NCBI GenBank assembly: GCA_031372065.1
Contig: JANMKN010000354.1
Span: forward strand, 1-39,815
Direction: 5' to 3'
Origin: Abditibacteriaceae bacterium
GTDB lineage: Bacteria > Armatimonadota > Abditibacteriia > Abditibacteriales > Abditibacteriaceae
DNA: 39,815 nt
Position 1 is the stretch's first letter; the number at the start of each line of letters is the position of its first letter. A model generated the notes under the pieces. That model was not told where the DNA came from and made no database searches. It saw nothing but the letters and a program-made list of their open reading frames with translations. This document shows, piece by piece, positions 34,134-39,815 of the stretch. A program made the position numbers and the translations under genes.

Positions 34134-35228
34134 ATGAAAAACATCAAAACCATCGTGACGAGCCGTAAAAAACTTGCTGTCCTGACGCTGGGAGTCATTT
34201 TAGCTCCCCATGCACAGACACAAACCGCCCATGCTGCACCATCGCCCAAAGCGCCAGCATGGGGCCTGAAAAAGAAGCCGTCCAATGCGAAGAACACTAC
34301 GCTGCGCGGCGTTGTCAAGATCAATTCGGCGGGCAATGATTTCACGTTGAATGCGGATAATGGGCGCTCCTATCGCGTTATCACGCGCAACGAACCCGCG
34401 CGACTTTCTAATGGTGACCGTGTTACCGTGCAAGGGTGGATTGAGGACAACATTTTTGTGGCGGAACGAGTGTCAATCCTAAATAATGAAACAAATCAGA
34501 ATTCCACAGGCACAATGGTTCTCAACGGCGAAGTCACCAATGATTTTGCTGGCGATAGCTTTCAAATGCAGGCCGCTAACGGCCTAACTTACATTGTGGT
34601 GACTCGCAATGAGCCGAACCTGTTGAAGCGCAATTCGCGGGTGCATGTGGTAGGCACTGCCCAAAGCGATGGCCGGACTGTATTTGCCAACAGTGTGCGC
34701 TTGATGACTGCCGAAGAAGCCAGAAATTACATCAAGCCAAAGAATGCATACGTTGGTGGAAATATGAATTTCATGGGCGTAGTAACCCGCATTGCCTCCC
34801 CCTTCCGGCTTGATGTGCGTGCTGACAATGCGCGCAATTACTCGATCAACTCAATTGATCAAATCTCTAATCGCACCAGTATTGGTGATCGGGTGCAAAT
34901 CGTCGGACAAGACCTTGGCAACGATATCATCCGCGCCACTGCGGTGAAAATTACCAAAGATACCAACGCATCTCGCACGGTTCAGAATGCTTGGAAGCCT
35001 AATGCCCAGAGTGCAGTGATCAATTTTCCGGGCCGTATTGAGAAAGCAGCTACTATGGACAAGGCAAATGCGGCTGGGGGAAAAGCGATTTTGAGCGTGC
35101 GTGGGGACAATGGACAATTGTATTCCGTTCGCTACCAAACCAACAAGCGTTTTACTGTTGGTCAGCGTGTGCGCGTGGTTGGGAAAATGAACGGCGGTAT
35201 TGTTTACGCTTCTTCCATCACGAAGTAA
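34134..35228 (+). CDS. Secreted protein with four OB-fold-like (DUF5666-like) repeats
   Basis: Signal peptide ending AHA; APAWG motif; four repeats of G.V...(F/L).(V/L)..DNG..Y.V...G.RV.V.G...A..V; SD aggag. Confidence 0.8.
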   Translation: MKNIKTIVTSRKKLAVLTLGVILAPHAQTQTAHAAPSPKAPAWGLKKKPSNAKNTTLRGVVKINSAGNDFTLNADNGRSYRVITRNEPARLSNGDRVTVQGWIEDNIFVAERVSILNNETNQNSTGTMVLNGEVTNDFAGDSFQMQAANGLTYIVVTRNEPNLLKRNSRVHVVGTAQSDGRTVFANSVRLMTAEEARNYIKPKNAYVGGNMNFMGVVTRIASPFRLDVRADNARNYSINSIDQISNRTSIGDRVQIVGQDLGNDIIRATAVKITKDTNASRTVQNAWKPNAQSAVINFPGRIEKAATMDKANAAGGKAILSVRGDNGQLYSVRYQTNKRFTVGQRVRVVGKMNGGIVYASSITK

Positions 35229-35246
35229 CAGGCGAAAATTCAAGCT

Positions 35247-35277
35247 AAAAAGCGAGCGCTCTGGCGCTCGCTTTTTT
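35247..35277 (+). terminator. Intrinsic terminator
   Basis: aaaaagcgagcgc-tctg-gcgctcgctttttt. Confidence 0.85.
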
Positions 35278-35429
35278 GTTTTAAAAGGCGCTACAAAAGT
35301 TATGAACACGATTTGTTTTGTGCCGTCCAATTTTGCATTCGGAGTTTCGATTCCTTCCAGCCTTTGTGTTTTTGCGCGAGGTTGAACAGATTGAAACTCC
35401 AATTTGAAACTCTGGAAGGTGTAGAAACC

Positions 35430-36260
35430 ATGAAATTGATTTCCTCGAAAATTGAGCAACGCTCAAAACTGGCCCTCCTCGCGGTTGGTGCATTGATTGT
35501 GGCGCCCTTATTCAGCGCCCAAACTGCTAAAGCTGCTCCTCCCGCTCACGCTCCTGCATGGGGCTATCGCGACAAAAACCGCGATAATGACCGCAGCGAC
35601 ACGGGGCGCAAACGTGACAAGAATCGTGATAAAGATCGCGACTGGAACCGCAACCGCGACAACGATCCCTACTGTGATGACGGTCATAATCAAAACAATG
35701 GCGGTTGGCACAATGGCGGCTATGGCGGCGGCTATGGCAACCACAATAGTTACACCATCACAGGTGTCGTGACCAAAGAGGCGACTGGCAATCAATTTTG
35801 GGTGCGTGCTGATAACGGACAAGGCTATCTGGTTTCAACTCGTTACCAATCGGCAGTTATCTCGACTGGTATGCGCGTGCAGGTGACAGGCAGCTTCGAC
35901 GGCACGCGATTGAATGCCGATAGCGTGCGCGTTTTAGGTTATGCTGGTGGTAATGGCGGTTACGGTGGTGGTAATGGCGGTTACGGCGGTGGTAATGGCG
36001 GTTACGGCGGCGGTTACGGTGGTGGTAATGGCGGCGGCTACCAAGGTGGTTGGAACAATGGTGGCAATGAAGTGAATTTTCCGGGTTACATCCAAAGCGT
36101 TAGCTACAGCGATGGCGCGTCATTTTTACAAGTGCGCGGCGACAACGGGCAAATTTATAGTGTGCGTTATCGTGGCAACAACGCATTGCGCCGAGGCGCA
36201 CGCGTGCGTGTCATCGGCAAATACAACGAAGGCACCGTTTGGGCGACTTCGGTTCGTTAA
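35430..36260 (+). CDS. Secreted protein with two OB-fold-like repeats, an RD-rich segment and Gly/Tyr/Asn-rich linkers
   Basis: Start MKLISSK (ATG 35430); signal ending AKA; PPAHAPAWGYR; RDKNRD repeats; GGNGGYG repeats; VRADNGQGY and VRGDNGQIY domains. Confidence 0.8.
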   Translation: MKLISSKIEQRSKLALLAVGALIVAPLFSAQTAKAAPPAHAPAWGYRDKNRDNDRSDTGRKRDKNRDKDRDWNRNRDNDPYCDDGHNQNNGGWHNGGYGGGYGNHNSYTITGVVTKEATGNQFWVRADNGQGYLVSTRYQSAVISTGMRVQVTGSFDGTRLNADSVRVLGYAGGNGGYGGGNGGYGGGNGGYGGGYGGGNGGGYQGGWNNGGNEVNFPGYIQSVSYSDGASFLQVRGDNGQIYSVRYRGNNALRRGARVRVIGKYNEGTVWATSVR

Positions 36261-36277
36261 TTCGATCAGCAAAGGCG

Positions 36278-36315
36278 AGGGCAGGTCTGAGATTTCCCCA
36301 GACTTGCCCTTTTTT
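36278..36315 (+). terminator. Intrinsic terminator
   Basis: agggcaggtctg / cagacttgccct hairpin followed by a T run. Confidence 0.7.
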
Positions 36316-36360
36316 GCGAGTTTTATTGGAAACACAACGTTAAAGCGCAATTGAGGCACA

Positions 36361-37200
36361 ATGATGAACAATTCAATTTCTAAAATTGCCGCCGCAGTAT
36401 TGTTGGCAAACACGCTTTTGTTAGCGCTTCTGCCTGTTATGGCGGATGAGCGCGCCAATCGTGCGCTCTCTGAGAAAATCTATGGCCCTGATAAGGCCAC
36501 CTTGCTATGGCCGGGCGACAACGATATTTCCGACAACACGGCGCCGGAATACTCCAATGGACGCTATCTTTCGTCTTATCAGGGCACTGTTTCGCGCGTG
36601 CGCTCGCGCGATTATTTTGATTTTCTCACCGACGATGGCCGCGTTTATCGCGTTGTCGGACAAGATGATAATGCGCGTTTTGATGTTGCAGCCAACCAGC
36701 GTGTTTTGGTGCGCGGTTATATCACGCAGGATATTCTGGTCGCTTTCAGCGTGCGCCCTTTGTTTTATGGTGGCAATAGTCAGGTGGATTTTCCCGGCAC
36801 TGTTACGTCCATTAATGGCGTTTCGCGCCTCAGTGTGCGCGGCGATAATGGCCGCACTTATGACATTGACGCGCGTTATCGTTTGCCTTATGGCATCAGC
36901 GCGGGCGATTATATCCGCATTACGGGCGCATGGGATGGCGCCAGTGTGAGGGCCAACCAAATCACGATTTTAGGGCGCGGCTCCAGTAATGGTGGCTCTG
37001 GTGATCGTTATGTTGATTTTCCCGGCACGGTGACTGATGTTGATCGCTATCGCAACACGTTCAGCGTGCGCGGCGAAAACGGCATTACTTATATGGTGAC
37101 TTACACTGGCAATGACCGCTTTGGCTTGGGAGATCGCGTTCGTGTGACAGGCTATTTCGATGGCTACAACGTGCGCGCTAATTTCATCGGGAGGCGTTGA
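36361..37200 (+). CDS. Secreted protein with three OB-fold-like repeats
   Basis: Signal peptide; TDDGRVYRV, VDFPGTV..VRGDNGRTY and VDFPGTV..VRGENGITY..GDRVRVTG; SD gagg. Confidence 0.8.
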   Translation: MMNNSISKIAAAVLLANTLLLALLPVMADERANRALSEKIYGPDKATLLWPGDNDISDNTAPEYSNGRYLSSYQGTVSRVRSRDYFDFLTDDGRVYRVVGQDDNARFDVAANQRVLVRGYITQDILVAFSVRPLFYGGNSQVDFPGTVTSINGVSRLSVRGDNGRTYDIDARYRLPYGISAGDYIRITGAWDGASVRANQITILGRGSSNGGSGDRYVDFPGTVTDVDRYRNTFSVRGENGITYMVTYTGNDRFGLGDRVRVTGYFDGYNVRANFIGRR

Positions 37201-37213
37201 GAATTTCATATAC

Positions 37214-37261
37214 ATCAGCAAAAGGCGCAGCGAGATATATCTCGCTGCGCCTTTTGCTGAT
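37214..37261. terminator. Perfect 48-bp palindrome, probable terminator
   Basis: atcagcaaaaggcgcagcgagata|tatctcgctgcgccttttgctgat, an exact reverse complement with no spacer. Confidence 0.7.
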
Positions 37262-37310
37262 TGACAAGGGCGCATTGCCGTAAAAACTTTCGTAAAATTC
37301 AGTTGCACCT

Positions 37311-39791
37311 ATGAAATTTCGTTTTCTGCTGCTTTTACTGTTGTATACGTCGTCTTGTCACGCCAAAACCAAACTCATCGTTTGGGGTTTGCAATCGGGC
37401 AAGGAAACCAAGGCACTGGATGCGCAGGTCGCCGAGTTTGAAAAGCGCAACCCCGATATTGATGTTTCGCTGCTTTCAATGGGCGCGGGTTCGATGAATC
37501 CGCAAAAGTTGATGACGGCCATCGTCGGCGGTGTGCCGCCCGATGTCATCAATCAAGACCGCTTTACCATCGGCGACTGGGCTTCGCGCGACACTTTTCG
37601 GCCTCTCGATGATTTTTTGGCGGCAGACGAAAACAAGCCCGACGGCATTCACGCCAAAGATTATTATTCTGCCGCGTGGCAGGAAGCCGAATATAAGGGC
37701 AAGGTTTACGCGATTCCCAGCGGCATTGACAACAGAATGTTGTTCTACAACCGCAAAGTGCTGCGCGAAGCGGGCGTTACCAAGCCGCCGCAAACATGGG
37801 AAGAACTGCTCGAAATCTCCAAAAAGCTCACCAAGCGTAAGGCGGGCGGCACTTATGAGCGCATCGGTTTCATTCCGAATTATGGCAACTCGTGGCTGTA
37901 TTTGTATTCGTGGCAAAATGGCGGCGAATTTATGTCGCCCGATGGCCGCAAATGCACTTTGAACAATAAAGATTCGATTGACGCGCTGAATTTCATGGTC
38001 AAGGTTTACGATGAATTAGGCGGCTATTCGAACGTCAGCATTTTTCAAAGCGGCTTTCAAGGCGAAGAGCAAGACCCGTTTTACACCGGCAAAATCGGCA
38101 TGGTGATTACCGGCAACTGGATTTTAAACGGCATCGCGCGTTATGCGCCGGGCCTTGATTTTGGCGTCGCACCAGCGCCGGTTCCGGCGGCGCGTTTACG
38201 TGGCGAGGGACGGTTTAAAGGGCAGCCGAAATTTATCACATGGAGCGGCGGCTTTTCGCTGGCGATTCCCAAAGGCGCGCCGCACGCCAAAGAAGCGTGG
38301 CGCTTTATCAAGTGGATGAATTCGCTGGAAGCGACGCTGCTCGGCAACAAAATTCAAAAAGCCTACAACGAAGGCAAAGGCCGTCCTTTTGTGTTTTCGT
38401 TTACGGCCAACCAGAAAATCAACGAAGTTTTGCTGCGTGTATTGCCTCCGAAGGGCAAGAACCTCATGCAAGGCCAGAAAGCCTTCATTGATATGCTGCC
38501 CAACAGCAAATTTCGGCCTGTGACATTTGTCGGCCAGACTTTGTGGGACGCTCATGTGCGCGCCTTCGAGCAAGCTGCGCAACACGAAAAATCGCCGCAG
38601 AAAGCGATGGATGAGCAAGCGCATCTGGTGCAACAGGAGCTCAACAAAGCCTTCGCGCGCGAAACGTTGCCGGAATTCCCGCGCGGGCCGATTTACTTTT
38701 TGGCAGCGATAGTCTTGGGCACTTTCGCCATCGGCGGCGTGCAGATTAAGAAATCTATCGGCACTTCCAAAATGATGCGCAATGAGGCGATTGCCGGTTA
38801 TATGATGGCCGCGCCGTGGATTCTTGGCTTCTTATTGCTGACTGCGGGGCCTATTTTGGCTTCCTTCATGCTGGCATTTGCCGATTACGATGTGCTCCAT
38901 GCGCCGCGTTATGCCGGTTTTAGCAACTTTCAAACGCTCTTCACCGATGATCGCGAACTGCTCACCAAGGCGTTTTATAACGCGGCTTATTTGTCGGCGA
39001 TTGGCATTCCTCTGGGAATGTCCACCGGCCTTGGCATCGCCATGCTGCTGAACATGAACGTGCGCGGCATGGCATGGTATCGCACGGCGTTTTACATTCC
39101 TTCGATTGTTCCGGCCATCGCCAGCGCGGTTTTGTGGGGTTGGATTTTGGCGGGCGACCCCAGCAAAGGCTTGCTCAATGCGCTTTTACAGGGAACTCAG
39201 CATTTCTTCGCACCGCTCTCGGAAAGCATCTATAAAACTGGCCTCTACTTCCACGAGCCTCATGACAACATTCTTCAGGAGTGGTGGAACTCGTTCTTTT
39301 TCTTCCTTGCTGGCAAATGGCAACTGCCGGGCTGGTTTAGCGTGGCCGAATGGGCCAAACCGGGCTTGATTATTCAGGGTTTGTGGGGCGCGGGTGGCGG
39401 CATGATTTTGTGGCTGGCCGGTTTGCAAGGCGTGCCCGCTTCGCTTTACGAAGCCGCGCGCATTGATGGCGCACGCGGATGGGCACAGTTTCGCAACGTC
39501 ACGCTGCCGATTATCTCGCCTTACATCTTTTTTCAGTTGATTATGGGCACCATCGGCGCCTTGCAGGAATTTGATCGCGTTTACGTTTTGGGCGGCGGCA
39601 CAGGCAGCGCCGGGCCGCTTGATTCGCTCATGGTGCCGGTTTTGTTCTTGTTCAACAACGCCTTTCGGTATTTCAAAATGGGCTACGCCAGCGCTATCGC
39701 GTGGGTGATTTTCGTGGTGATTCTGATTCTCACTATGATTCAACTGTTCGCCCAGAAATACTGGGTGCATTACGAAGCGGAGCAAAAATAG
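37311..39791 (+). CDS. Fused carbohydrate ABC solute-binding protein + permease (MalF/UgpA-like)
   Basis: Signal peptide; SBP family 1 motifs (GGVPPDV, YKGKVYAIP, LFYNRKVL, PPQTWEEL, SGGFSLAIP); then GYMMAAPWILGF, YRTAFYIPSIVP and the EAA loop LAGLQGVPASLYEAARIDGA; one continuous ORF. Confidence 0.92.
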   Translation: MKFRFLLLLLLYTSSCHAKTKLIVWGLQSGKETKALDAQVAEFEKRNPDIDVSLLSMGAGSMNPQKLMTAIVGGVPPDVINQDRFTIGDWASRDTFRPLDDFLAADENKPDGIHAKDYYSAAWQEAEYKGKVYAIPSGIDNRMLFYNRKVLREAGVTKPPQTWEELLEISKKLTKRKAGGTYERIGFIPNYGNSWLYLYSWQNGGEFMSPDGRKCTLNNKDSIDALNFMVKVYDELGGYSNVSIFQSGFQGEEQDPFYTGKIGMVITGNWILNGIARYAPGLDFGVAPAPVPAARLRGEGRFKGQPKFITWSGGFSLAIPKGAPHAKEAWRFIKWMNSLEATLLGNKIQKAYNEGKGRPFVFSFTANQKINEVLLRVLPPKGKNLMQGQKAFIDMLPNSKFRPVTFVGQTLWDAHVRAFEQAAQHEKSPQKAMDEQAHLVQQELNKAFARETLPEFPRGPIYFLAAIVLGTFAIGGVQIKKSIGTSKMMRNEAIAGYMMAAPWILGFLLLTAGPILASFMLAFADYDVLHAPRYAGFSNFQTLFTDDRELLTKAFYNAAYLSAIGIPLGMSTGLGIAMLLNMNVRGMAWYRTAFYIPSIVPAIASAVLWGWILAGDPSKGLLNALLQGTQHFFAPLSESIYKTGLYFHEPHDNILQEWWNSFFFFLAGKWQLPGWFSVAEWAKPGLIIQGLWGAGGGMILWLAGLQGVPASLYEAARIDGARGWAQFRNVTLPIISPYIFFQLIMGTIGALQEFDRVYVLGGGTGSAGPLDSLMVPVLFLFNNAFRYFKMGYASAIAWVIFVVILILTMIQLFAQKYWVHYEAEQK

Positions 39792-39815
39792 GCCGTCCCA
39801 TGGGCCTCATATGAC

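Noticed and set aside
35943..36040. 21-bp DNA repeats (ggtggtaatggcggttac core) as an independent element
   Set aside because: Fully explained by the GGNGGYG coding repeats of 35430..36260.
37261..37298. Sigma70 promoter from TTGACA at 37261
   Set aside because: No convincing -10 hexamer at 16-18 bp spacing.

Overview
Bacterial chromosomal window, mostly GC-rich, with about 33 supportable genes and no rRNA, tRNA, CRISPR array, transposase or phage genes. The gene content (secretin, SBP-permease fusion, Uma2, ThuA-like pairs, many secreted proteins) suggests a diderm soil-type bacterium, possibly Abditibacteriota/Armatimonadota; this is inference only. Housekeeping genes are rsmI, tatC, mutY, accD, accA, pheA and a phosphohexomutase. 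Carbohydrate genes are uxaE, an aldo-keto reductase, GH29, a GH42-like protein, GH26, a ketose 3-epimerase-like protein and a sugar ABC fusion. The most notable observations: (1) a single-pass membrane protein joining a cytoplasmic PilZ domain to an extracytoplasmic GH26 hydrolase with intact catalytic motifs, followed by a STAS-like/HATPase gene; (2) a 16 x 21-bp degenerate array with a fixed-phase T-tract after pheA; (3) a 32-aa bS22/AURKAIP1-like basic small ORF, absent from the ORF track, with its own consensus promoter, structured leader and SD upstream of rsmI; (4) three tandem secreted paralogs built from nine OB-fold-like repeats; (5) a uxaE-AKR-GH29 operon that may be an L-galactose route; (6) several short-unit inverted-repeat elements, one embedded in a signal-peptide coding region. 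All calls come from motif reading by eye; no searches were run.
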